A stretch of 63,962 nucleotides of DNA, counting the filler, from Octopus bimaculoides (lineage: Eukaryota): assembly GCF_001194135.2 (NCBI RefSeq). It is 5 parts of 5 records of this genome, joined end to end, with 100 filler letters (N's around TTAATTAATTAA, not from the genome) between each part and the next. Parts side by side here need not be neighbours in the genome. Positions count along the whole stretch, not along the records: positions 1 to 23,401 come from NC_068981.1; 4 more parts are not named here. One strand, written 5' to 3'. The position numbers and the translations under genes are program-made. How positions within the stretch are numbered: position 1 is the stretch's first letter; every line of letters begins with the position of its first letter. The notes under the pieces were generated by a model. It saw nothing but the letters and a program-made list of their open reading frames with translations. It was not told the origin of the DNA and searched no databases. Of this stretch, positions 1-11,100 are shown in pieces.

Positions 1-387
1 CTAATTGATGTATCAATACCAGCAGATGACAACGTTTCCCTAATAGAAATGGAAAAACTTTCAAAATATAAAGACCTGGAAATAGAGGTAACTCGAATGT
101 GGAATCTAAAAACAGAAACAATTCCTATCATAGTAGGTGCCTTAGGTATAATAAAAAAAAATATTCAGACAAATACATAACAAAAACACCAGGACTTACA
201 AATATATATATATACAGAAAATTGCACTACTGGGCACTGCACACATCCTACACAAAACACTTTCAATACAGTAACCATAAGAGCTCCACAGCAAACCACA
301 GCACATACCCAAGGCACACAGAGCTGCGCTCGGTAGTGAAGTGAAAGCACGTTATAAAAATAAAACTACTGAACAATAATAATAATA
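1..387 (+). mobile_element. 3' end of an R4/Dong-clade RLE non-LTR retrotransposon (endonuclease C-terminus, 3' UTR, (AAT)n tail)
   Basis: Frame 1 reads LIDVSIPADDNVSLIEMEKLSKYKDLEIEVTRMWNLKTETIPIIVGALG. After a frameshift it continues QKIALLGTAHILHKTLSIQ, with the stop at 272-274. This matches the RLE C-terminus pattern of R4-clade elements. It ends in aataataataata at ~369-387. Confidence 0.85.
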
Positions 388-851
388 GTCTTGGCATAAA
401 AGATGGTCTACAGCAAATATTCTGCTCACTACTACAGATTTGCTTGTCATTTGTTTGACCTTAACAGGTTGAGCATGTCCTGTGGTGGCATCTCTGATCA
501 CGAGCAGAAGTAGTTGGTGAGCATCATAGCCATGTGTTGAGAGGAATTCTTTTGGGTTTGAATAATTCATCTCTGGGAATATGGGTGTTTCGTTAATCAT
601 TCTTAGGTAGCCCTTATTCAGGGATCTTTTGAGTGGGTCGGGCTACTCGACCTGAAGAAATTTCTAACTGGGACCTGCCTGTAAGGTCATGCGCTGTTTA
701 TCTTGATATGAGATCACCATGTCGCGCACTTAGGGTTGTGATGTATGTGCCTGGTGTACCCTTATCAAACGGGTAGTCATGATGGGTATACTGGGCTTCA
801 TATATCTGTACCCCAGTGTCACTTTGATGACATGCACTGCTCTCTCACCCA
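388..851 (+). mobile_element. Non-coding (AAT)n-tailed retroposed element ('element X'), 5'-truncated copy
   Basis: Clearly alignable with 36721-37281 and 961-1180. All copies share the 3' end ...ctctctcac(t/c)ca followed by a trinucleotide tail. Left ends differ. Confidence 0.8.
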
Positions 852-925
<74 letters not shown>

Positions 926-960
926 AATAATAACAACAACAATAATAATAATAATAATAT
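852..960. repeat. (GAT)n-(AAT)n compound microsatellite
   Basis: Directly visible tandem trinucleotides. Confidence 0.95.
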
Positions 961-1180
961 TCAGGGACCATTTGAGTGGGATGGACTACTCGACCTGAAG
1001 GAAATTCTAACTGGTCTCCACCTGCAGGTTAATGCGCTGTTTATCTTGATATGTCGCGCACATATGGTTGAGATGCATGTGCCAGGTGTACCCTCATCAG
1101 ATAGGTAGTCATGATGGGTATACTGGGCTTCGTATGTCACTGCAATGGCATTGAGGTGGCATGCACTTCTCTCTCACTCA
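961..1180 (+). mobile_element. Element X, short 5'-truncated copy
   Basis: tcagggacc...ctctctcactca followed by (TAA)n. Aligns to the 3' ~230 bp of 36721-37281. Confidence 0.8.
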
Positions 1181-1697
1181 GTAATAATAATAATAATTGT
1201 TTCTTAAATAAATACATATTTTTTCTTTTTTATAATATTCCCATACTGAACCTATTGATAAAAATACAATATATCTCCCCCCCCCCCTCTCTCTCTCTGA
1301 CCCTCACTCTCTCATCCTTTGATTCTCTTCCTCTGTACCTCCTCTCCCTTTCTCTCTCTCTCTCTTACTCTCTATCATTTCCTTTAATACTTGTGTAGAT
1401 TACTTGTCGACATCGTAAAAACCCACAGCCAAAATCAGTTACAGGCCACTTTAAACAGTAAGCCAGATTTTCGTTAGATTCATTTTAAGCCTGTGTATCT
1501 TCCTCGAACCCCTCCCACTCACCCCTAACCACCATCAGACCAATCACACACTGTGTGTGATTAGCCAATCAAACAAACTGTGATACTAGTTTGCCTGAAG
1601 CTCACCTCTTGCAGCCCATCTGCTTGTTATCAGCAGTCTAGCCAAACCTATAAGACAAATGCTAATATCCCTCTAACATAATAATAATAACAATAAT

Positions 1698-4600
1698 CAA
1701 CTTAACTAGTTAACTCCCCCCACACATTTTTTCCACTGTCGGGCCGTCGATGGCTAAACCGGCTACCCCATAGAGCTTGCTTTGTGAGGAGGGCGCTTTT
1801 TGCTATTTGGTCACCCTGCAGGATGAAATACAAGACCTGTTTAAGGGCGGATGAACTCGGATGAGTCAACAACCATCCAAATAACAACTCTTTCACCAGT
1901 CTCGGAGCTCTGAATCCTGGGTTGGTGCTCAGTGCAGGACAGCTCACTTAAACTTTTAAAGGTAGAAGAACCCCTTTGAGTCTTTTGAGACAAACCCCTA
2001 CAAAGATAGTGTCTCGATAAAAATACTGGTGGTTATGACACTTTATCAACACTTTCCTCTGCATGAGAATAATGAATAACATAGAATTAACATAAACAAC
2101 GGCGTAAATGAGAATGGAACTACAGGTGACGGACTTTCGCCTGTGGGTGAGCAGCGCAGGCCTGGTCGTCATTATACGGCTGTTAGAACTAAATGGACTA
2201 AGACGATGGATGCACCTGTTATGGAATGTTACTTTTTGAGTAGACCCATTGATAATAAAAGGAGGCAGAAAGAGAATGCATGATTTATGGATGGAGAAAC
2301 AGGGCCCAGATATTACGGAACAGAACTCTGTGACCAGGTAAGAATAATAAAGAAGAAAGAATGGCCAATTGCATTAGAACTCGATGAGATTAGGAAGATT
2401 GTGATGATCGAAAACTGGGGAGCAATGCAGAAGTAGATACAGAGAAGTTGATGATGCTACATTTAATGAGAGTAACCGGGAGAAGTATAATTTCTCAAGC
2501 CTTGAGTGTAGAGAATGACTAAGTAGATAGAAATACGCTCAGAGAGTGATAAATAAAATACTGAAAGAAATCAAGACAGATGAAATAACAATATAACCGG
2601 AACGAATAAATTGATTAAAGCCTGCATCATCTATATCGGAGATAGAGTAGGCCTTGAACCAAACTGTAAATGTGGGAATGAAGGAAAAGAACCTTGGAAA
2701 GAAAGAAAAAAGGTGAAATCAAAAGGGAGGAGAAATATCAGGGACTAGAACGTAGATATAGGATAAAGAAAAAAGTGGATATATGTAATTCTTAAAGAGC
2801 TAAAACAAAGATTGCAAGCTAATGCGACAAAAATCAAGAGATATGACCAAAAAACTGAACAATATAAAATCAACAAATTGTTCCAAGACCAGTAAAGGGT
2901 TTATCAACAGCTGAATGGAAAGGTTAACAGCAGTGACAGACCGGATGCTGTAGAAAGTAGGTTTTAGAGTAATGGAAGAAAGCATAACAAAGATGCTAAA
3001 TGGTTGAAGGAATTAAGGTCGGAAAAATTTGAAGTGAAACAGAGCAATATTAGAATAATGAATGAAATGGTAACTGAACAGACAACAAAGATCCAAAACT
3101 GAAAATGCCCAGGTCGGGATGGGGTACAAGGATATTGGCTGAAAAATTTCGCAGCACTACACAGAAGAATAGCCACACTAATGGATAAAATGATCAATAA
3201 AGAGGCGCTATTACCAAAGTGTCTGACCACAAGTAAAGCAATCCTTTGCCAAGAGGATTCCAGTAAAGGCAATGCAGTGGATAATTACCAGCCTATCACC
3301 AGCCTGCCTCTGATGTGGAAGCTGATGACAGGAATAATATCTAATTATGTGTGTAACTTCCTGGAAATGAATGACAAATGGACAGTGGAACAGAAATGAT
3401 GCAGAAGAAAAAGCCGAGGGACAAAAGACCAACTTCTGATAAACAGAAAGGTACTGAGCGACTGCAAGAAAAGACTTACTAACCTGGACATGGCATAAAT
3501 CGATTATAAGAAAACATATGACATGGTCCCTCATTCCTGGATTTTAGAAAGTCTTGAGCTGGTACAGGTATCTGATAACATATCAAATTTTATTAAGAGA
3601 TCAATGAAAAACTGGAATCCAGAATTAACTTTATGTGGAAAATTTTTGGCGAGGGTTAACATCAAGAGAGGCATAATTCAAGGAGATAGACTATCTCCAT
3701 TGGTGTTTGTGATTTGTATGATACCCCTCACACAGATACTATGGAAAGTGACATGCAGGTACGCCTTGAAATGTGGAGGAAATTAAATCATCTGTTATAT
3801 ATGGATAAATTAAAGATCTTTGGGAAGACTGAACGTGAAATAAATGGCTTAATTTCAACAGCGCAGATATTCAGTAAGGATATCGGAATGGAATTTGGGA
3901 TTAAAATGTGTAATATGCTTATGATACAAAAATGCAAACTCGTATCATCTAATGGTGTGAAACTATCCAACTGCGCGAAAATCAAGGATATTGAGACTAA
4001 TGAATATAAGTATCTGGGTATTTTGGAATATGACAAAATCAAGGAAAGTGAAATGAAGGAAAGCTTTGGGCGAGAATATTTCAGAAGAACCAAATTGATT
4101 ATGGGAAGTAGGCTCAATGGAAAAAAAACAAGACCAGGGCAATGAACACATGGGCTGTTTCCTTAATGCGATATGACGCAAGTGTTATTTCGTGGATAAA
4201 GAACGAGCTTGAGGAAATGGACATGAAAACCAGAAAAATGACAACGATTACCAAGGAAGTACACCCCAAAAGCGATACTGACAGGGTGTATGTGCCTAGG
4301 AACAGGGGTGGAAGAGGTTTCATAGGTTGCAAGATCTGTGTTGTCAACGAGAAGAATACTTTGGGATAGTACATCAAACAACAGAGGGAATCCTTACTTG
4401 CGCTATTAGAATTAACAATATAATACCCACCGAAAATGTGATGCACCCACAAACATTTAAGAAACAAGATGAAGAAAGATTAAACAACTGGAAAATGAAA
4501 TCACTGCATGGGCAATACCTCAGAGGAATCGAAGGAAAAGATAAGACCAACACTTGGAAATGACGAAGAAAAAGTGATCTGAAAGGATGCACTGAGGCAT

Positions 4601-4706
4601 TGATATGCAGCGCCCAGGAACAAGCTCTGAGAACACCAAGTTCCAAATAGATAAGAGCAGCGAATCGCCACTTTGTAGGATGTGTGGCAGCAAAAACGGG
4701 CAACAT
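1698..4706 (+). pseudogene. Degenerate R4/Dong-clade non-LTR retrotransposon: N-terminal domain, RT and start of CCHC finger; 3' end missing
   Basis: Begins right after (TAA)n at 1677-1697. R4-type N-terminus near 2170-2400 (RTKWTK..VMECYFLSRP..ITEQ.LCDQVR..LELDEIRK). Then KELKQRLQANATKIKRYDQ, NYQPITSLPLMWKLMTGII, KTYDMVPHSWI, GIIQGDRLSPLVF, HLLYMDKLKIF (YMDD degenerate), YKYLGI, RVYVPRNRGGRG, LHGQY and ESPLCRMCG. Many stops and frameshifts. Confidence 0.9.
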
Positions 4707-4711
4707 TTGTT

Positions 4712-4881
4712 AATTTCTTGAAAATGAGGTCATAACCCCGAAATATTGAATAAAAGGTAAGTCTACATTAATTCATATATTTGTTTTCTTGTGATTTGCC
4801 TTGCATTTACTTCGCATTGTTCTGGCCTTACCCACGATCCTTTATACAATATATTGTACACAATGCTTCATAGTCATTAAT
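4712..4881 (+). mobile_element. Putative PLE pseudo-LTR-like insert with degenerate hammerhead motif (4715-4750)
   Basis: ttc-TTGAAAA-t-gaggt-cata-acccc-GAAA-tatt-gaa. It sits exactly where the R4 element breaks off and runs into a gap whose far side is (TA)n. Confidence 0.35.
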
Positions 4882-5310
4882 NNNNNNNNNNNNNNNNNNN
4901 NNNNNNNNNNNNNNNNNNNNNNNNNNNNNNNNNNNNNNNNNNNNNNNNNNNNNNNNNNNNNNNNNNNNNNNNNNNNNNNNNNNNNNNNNNNNNNNNNNNN
5001 NNNNNNNNNNNNNNNNNNNNNNNNNNNNNNNNNNNNNNNNNNNNNNNNNNNNNNNNNNNNNNNNNNNNNNNNNNNNNNNNNNNNNNNNNNNNNNNNNNNN
5101 NNNNNNNNNNNNNNNNNNNNNNNNNNNNNNNNNNNNNNNNNNNNNNNNNNNNNNNNNNNNNNNNNNNNNNNNNNNNNNNNNNNNNNNNNNNNNNNNNNNN
5201 NNNNNNNNNNNNNNNNNNNNNNNNNNNNNNNNNNNNNNNNNNNNNNNNNNNNATATATATATATATATATATACACACAAGTGTTAAGGAATGGAGTAGA
5301 TAAGATTCGG

Positions 5311-5347
5311 GCTACATATGTTTCATAGCGATCGGAACCTCGGAAGC
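5311..5347 (-). ncRNA. Degenerate hammerhead-like motif in a short insert between (TA)n tracts
   Basis: Minus strand reads gcttccgaggttccgatcgctat-GAAAC-atat-GTA-gc. The 3' half has a palindromic stem III (acatatgt); the 5' core is decayed. Confidence 0.3.
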
Positions 5348-5638
5348 GGTAAATATCCAAGCGAGGTGTTTCCCGCAAGCTACTCCTCAGCTCAAGGATA
5401 TCTTGATTAAATGAAAGTTTACGTTGTCGCATAGAGGTACATGATCTTTAGATATTATATATATATATACGCTCAAGTACCTTCGCCACATTTTGTACAA
5501 AATATAATAGATTGTGTACTGTTACGGATACTGCTAAATCATTTTAGTAAACATGAATATTTATATACTCATTTAAGAGAGAAACAATGAAATAAATTAT
5601 TTTCTATTTTACATGGAATATGAAACCGCGGACTAACG

Positions 5639-5946
5639 TTTCAGTCTTTTTAGTGACACTGTCTTTTTCTATGACTATCAGCACGTCACAGGGGTAGTCC
5701 TCAGGATTACATATTTTGCTGAAAAACTATTGAACGAGTTTTGCGCGAACACGTGTATATTTTTGTCACGAGAAGTACTTCTTTCCGTTCTTGTATGTTT
5801 AAAGTGAAAATGCTACATGCAAGTGCTCAGCAGTGAGAAATTAGTTGTTGAAGTTGATATTGAGTTTGCGGCATTATCCTTTCCAAAATATCCCTGAGAC
5901 GTGTTGATAGTCATAGAAAAAGACGGTGTCACTAAAAAGACTGAAA
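5639..5946. mobile_element. MITE with ~55-bp terminal inverted repeats
   Basis: 5639-5693 tttcagtctttttagtgacactgtctttttctatgactatcagcacgtcacaggg is the reverse complement of 5892-5946 with 3 mismatches. Confidence 0.8.
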
Positions 5947-6342
5947 GTTGTTGGTGCGAAATAACATATCTGATAGAAGCGTAGAAATGCTTGGAATAAA
6001 AATATCCTTTCTGTTGGAAAAACTAGGCATTACGGCGGCTTCGATAACATGGGACATAAGTACAGAGTTTTGGTGCATGTAAATATTGGTTGATCCTAGT
6101 TTTAGCTATAGGTCGTGAGGAGAAATGAGATATTCTGTTGAATAGTTTGCAGTGTCATTAACGTCACCTTCAGTGTGAATTAACATTTACTGTATCGATT
6201 GAGTTGTTGCCTATTAAACGGTGATCTTAGTATCATGTACAGTATCATTTTTTGTGAGCCGGAATGGTGCATTCGGAAAGTCTCCTGTGGTTTCTATAAT
6301 TTTGGAAACTCCTCTTTCAAGCATGGCAGCAACATTCATCTT

Positions 6343-6344
<2 letters not shown>

Positions 6345-6387
<43 letters not shown>

Positions 6388-8290
6388 GTGCGCAAATATG
6401 TATGTAGTGCATGTATGTACATATAGAAATATATGTATAAATATATATATATATATGTATATACATTTCATCTCTTCACGTACACATACCCACACACACA
6501 TATACACACGGACATACGCAGACGTACACACATACACACACGCACACACACACACACACTCGCACTCGCACGCACATACACTTCTCACATACACAACACA
6601 CACTCACACAAACAAGCATACAACTACACACACACGCACACACGAAAACATACAGAATACACACATACATACACATACACACACATACGCGCACGCACAA
6701 AAAATATACACACACACGCACACAGACACACATATACACACACGCGCACACACACACACGCACACGTACCTAACACTCACAATCCCACACATACACGCGT
6801 ACGCACATCCACACACATACACACACACACGCACACACCCACATACACATACACACGCACACACACGCACACAGACATATACACACGCACATACTCACAC
6901 GTACACACATACACACATGCACACACATACACACGCATACACACACATACTCGCAGACTCACGCACACACCTCTCACAAACACAACACACTCACACAGAC
7001 ACGCATACAATTACACACACATGGGCATAAACAACACACGCACTTGCACGCACGTACAGAAGCAAACGCACGCACACACACACATAAACAGGAACGCACA
7101 TATACACAACATACACACACATACAAACACACACGCACGCACGCACAAAAACATACACATACACATACACACACGCGCACGCACAAAGAAATATACACAC
7201 ACACATACTTACAGACACACACAGACGCACACGTACCCAACACTTACAATCCCACACAGACACGCGCACGCACATCCACATACACACACACACACACCTC
7301 ACACATGCACACACAAACGCACAGATGCACGCACACACACACGCACATACACATACACATGCATAGGCGCGAAAAAACGCACATATACCTCCACACACAA
7401 CTCCCCCCTGTCTACACACACACGAACACACATCACACGCGCACACACATACCCATGCACACACACAAAAGACACATACACACACATGCACAAACGAACC
7501 CACATACACACACATGCAAATGAACCCACACATAACTCCTACACATACACAACACGCACTCACACACACACCCACATCCAAATATACATACATACACACA
7601 CGCACACACAACACACGCACACATACATACACATGCACACACACACAACACACACACACAGGTATACATACATGTACACACACGCAAATGAACCCACACA
7701 TAACTCACATACACACACAACAAACATTAACACATACACGCACGCACACACACCTCTCACAAACACAACACACTCACACAGACACGCATACAATTACACA
7801 CACATGGGCATAAACAACAAACGTACATGCACGCACGTACAGAAGCAAACGCACGCACACACACACGTACACAGGAACGCACATATACACAACATACACA
7901 GACATACAAACACACGCACGAAATAACCCACGTGCGATCCACAGAGCAAACCGCACGCATATACACACACACGTACACACATATATATACACATACACAT
8001 ACGCACACAAAAATACAGGCACACACTGCTAGAAAATCACACCCACACAACACACACATACACGCACGCACACATACTCAAAAACTGTCTGCCCACTTTC
8101 TACTGACCATTGTCCACAACCACTCCCAAATTGTTCCTGCTACTAATTCCTTCCACAACGTCACACAAACACACACACGCACACTAACAGATAAACAGCC
8201 AAACCACACACTCACACACACATACATACGTACACACACGTTCTGTTATTGCACACACACACGGACCTGCGCGCACGCACACATACTTAC
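6345..8290. repeat. Degenerate CA-rich satellite with internal higher-order duplications
   Basis: (CA/TA/CG)n mosaic. A ~150-bp block at ~6971-7120 recurs at ~7754-7905. Confidence 0.9.
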
Positions 8291-8339
8291 CTCCCTCTTG
8301 CACTCTCATGTCTTAGAAAGAACTTTTCCTCCACCCTTT

Positions 8340-8549
8340 CCCTTCCGGTCCTTCCGCAACGTAACCTCGTGGATATCGGTTGCGATTTTTTCTTCCTCCG
8401 TTTTTCTCTCCTTTGGACTTTCTTTGTTTCCGACGAAGAGCTCCGCTCGAAACGTCATATTCTCTTTCTTTCTTTTCCCGAGCGTCTAGTAATACAATCT
8501 GTATCACGTCCTCACGTTGTTGTTTTTTTGTCTTTTCCTTTTTTGAACT

Positions 8550-8550
<1 letters not shown>
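8340..8550 (+). mobile_element. Short PLE pseudo-LTR-like element ending at (TA)n, with minimal hammerhead motif (8427-8460)
   Basis: CCGACGA-a-gagc-tcc-gctc-GAAAC-GTC, then ttcccgagcgt..taataca. The 3' end abuts (TA)n. Related to 17830-18072 and homologous to 18672-18754. Confidence 0.6.
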
Positions 8551-8584
<34 letters not shown>

Positions 8585-8851
8585 TATTTAAGGTGTATTC
8601 CGTTAGGAACGTAGTAGAGTACAAAATAGAGCTCACTCACCCTTAAAATTATCAAATAGCCGGAAGTATTATGTTATGCTTCGAAGTCTAGGTTTAGGCA
8701 TTCATCGGGTGTGAAAGTAAAATTGAAAAAATAGAGTCAATAAGAAGGACTACGGTCAGACAACTACTTAATAAACACTACATATATTTCGATACAACAT
8801 AGATCCACATATACACAGGATTTAAACCAAGCAACGGTTTACCTGTATAAT

Positions 8852-8894
<43 letters not shown>

Positions 8895-8988
8895 GTACAT
8901 ACATACATACGTACGTACGTATATACATACATACATACATACATACATACATACATACCTACATACACATCGTACAAATCGTCGTCAC

Positions 8989-9189
8989 TGTTATAATGTT
9001 CAACGTTCTTGGTGTTCTCTTATTACTCTCCAACTGTGTATCTTCAACAAGCACTCCACGCTATAGCTATTCAATAATTTCTACGACCTGTACGCATATG
9101 AAATTCTTCTCAGTCTGTTCTGTTCATTTATACTAACTAGTATAGTTCACTCAGCCAATCTCGGGGGTGTACAGATTTTCCATACAGCA
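8989..9189 (-). mobile_element. 3' LTR (~201 bp) of a Gypsy LTR retrotransposon
   Basis: On the minus strand a polypurine tract aaagggggagg (9190-9200) is immediately followed by TG...CA-bounded sequence (tgctgta ... tataaca). Confidence 0.8.
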
Positions 9190-10218
9190 CCTCCCCCTTT
9201 GAGATTAGCTTTCCCTTTATTTATTTATTTATTTTTATTACTTCATTGGGGAGAAATTGGCATATTCTTTTCGTTTAGATTCAATCTCTAACATCTGCGT
9301 CCACTTTCTCTTTCTAGTTGACTTGCGCACTGGTTCAACCCCTTCCTGCGGTGCCGGAATATCAAATATGTCATAAAGTATTTCCACAGGCTCTTCCTGT
9401 CTTTTCCGTCCTTTTGTGTATCTCTTTTTTATTTGATTTACATGTCCCTTATGCTCACATGTCTGCCTTTCACCATATATATTACTCTGCCAAGACGTTT
9501 GGTTATTTGTCCTTGTTCCCAACTTTGCTTTCCATATTTGCACATTTTAAAAAATACTGCATCCCCTATATTGAAATAGTTTGTATTATTAACAGTATTC
9601 TTCTGTATTTGTTGTTTCCTTCCTGGTAACAATTTATCAAATACTGATCGTACCTTTCTGGCGAACATTAATTCAGCAGGTAACATACCCGGCTCTGTGT
9701 TGGGGTTTGGCGTTATTCTATAGACACGTAAAAATTTTGTCAGTGTATTATCCACTAATGATTCGTTTCTGGTTTTCCTCAACGCACTTTTAAACGTATC
9801 TACGAATCTCTCCGCAAGTCCATTTGACCTCGGATGATATGGCTAGGTAGTGACATGTTCCATTTGATGCGTCTTTCAAAACTCTTTGAACTATTTTGCG
9901 GTAAATTACGTACCGTTATCCGACACTATAGTGTCTGGTACATCAAAACGTGCAAATATTTTATCCAAAAATTCAATAGTTATTTTCATAGTTGGTTTTC
10001 TGCACTTACAAATTTCAGACCATTTTGTGTAGCTATCTATCACTACCAGATAATATACACCGTTTAGTGGTCCTGCAAAATCTATGTGTAGTCTAGACCA
10101 CGGTATATCTGTCTTTTGCTACGTTTGAATCTTTACTGACGGTGCCTTAGCTGCCAGGACGCATCCCCTGCATGCTTTCACCAGTTTCTGGATATCTTTA
10201 CCCATTCTAGGCTAGTAA
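9190..10218 (-). pseudogene. Gypsy integrase (end of zinc finger, rve core, C-terminal domain), degenerate
   Basis: Minus strand: Y*PRMGKDIQKLVKAC..C, PWSRLHIDFAGP, YYLVVIDSYTKW, FARFDVPDTIVSDNGT, PYHPRSNGLAERFVDTFK, FLRVYRITP..PAELMFARKVRS. Several in-frame stops. Confidence 0.9.
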
Positions 10219-11100
10219 ATATAACTCCTCATGAGGGACTACCACACACAACCCCCTTAACAATGAAGCCATCAACACCATCCTCCAGAACATTCCTCTA
10301 CTAAAAAGGGACCACAGAACGAATCTAATCCTCCAAACGCACATCATCACAAAGAACAAAAGACAACCCAAGTCAATGAAAAGTCTCCTAACACAAGTCC
10401 AAGTACACTTGGCAACAACATTGAAACCGTCAGAAAAAAAATGCGGAAGACCTAACTGTGGTATATGCGTCAACCTGATTGAGGAACCGGAGTTCTCCAG
10501 CAAACAAGGTCAACGTTTTACAGTGAAAAACAACTTTACATGTGCTTCGGAAAACCTAATATATGTATTCTTTTCTACTCTAGGCACAAAGCCCGAAATT
10601 TGGGGGGAGGGGGCCAGTCGATTAGATCGACCCAGTACGCAACTGGTACTTAATTTATCGACCCCGAAAAAATGAAAAGCAAAGTCGACTTCAGCAGAAT
10701 TTGAACTCAGAATGTAAAGACAGACGAAATACCACTAAGCATTTCGCCTGGCGTGCTAACGTTTCTACCAGCTCGCTGCCTTACTTAATATTAACTTGCT
10801 CAGGTATCGAGAGCAATACATTGGCCAAACCAAAAACAGTCTACGCCAAAGGATGACACTACATAGATCCCAGATTAAAATTCGGGAATACAGAAAAATA
10901 GCATTCAGCGAACACACCGACATTTGCGCCACTAAAGAACAACCCAACTACTGAATTTTTCCTCTCTATAAATTCAGGGACGATGCAACCTATAATCAGC
11001 GCATTAGCAAAAGTTCATATGTTATCGCAAAATACAAACCCCTTTTGAATACTTCCACCACAAATGACATTACTACAAAGGCCTTAGAATAACACCCACG
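10219..11100 (+). mobile_element. 5'-truncated Penelope-like element (RT thumb/linker + GIY-YIG endonuclease), Neptune-like
   Basis: KRQPKSMKSLLT, Cys-rich linker KCGRPNCGIC, FTCASENLIYV|LTC..REQYIGQTKNSLRQRMTLHRSQI..KYKPLLN. Same lineage as 13500-16016. Confidence 0.85.
10566..10788 (-). mobile_element. tRNA-derived SINE family B inserted into the PLE GIY-YIG
   Basis: Head ggcagcgagctggtagaaacgttagcacg..gagttcaaattc, tail ..ctagagtagaaaagaat. Empty site ctaatatatgtattaacttgct is visible in the paralog at ~19415-19435. tatt occurs at both junctions (10566-10569, 10789-10792). Confidence 0.9.

Noticed and set aside
1735-1900. HDV-like ribozyme in the R4 5' leader
   Set aside because: There are GC-rich stems and a tcctcac word on the minus strand, but I could not build P1/P3 pairing on the sense strand.
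6214-6345. Short minus-strand peptide KMNVAAMLERGVSKIIETTGDFPNAPFRL
   Set aside because: Only ~42 codons, no recognisable domain and no good splice context.
6221-8071. Long His/Thr- or Cys/Val-rich ORFs (up to 497 aa)
   Set aside because: They are translations of CA/TG satellite. The same applies to ORFs at 41.8-42.3, 44.1-44.7 and 48.4-48.9 kb.
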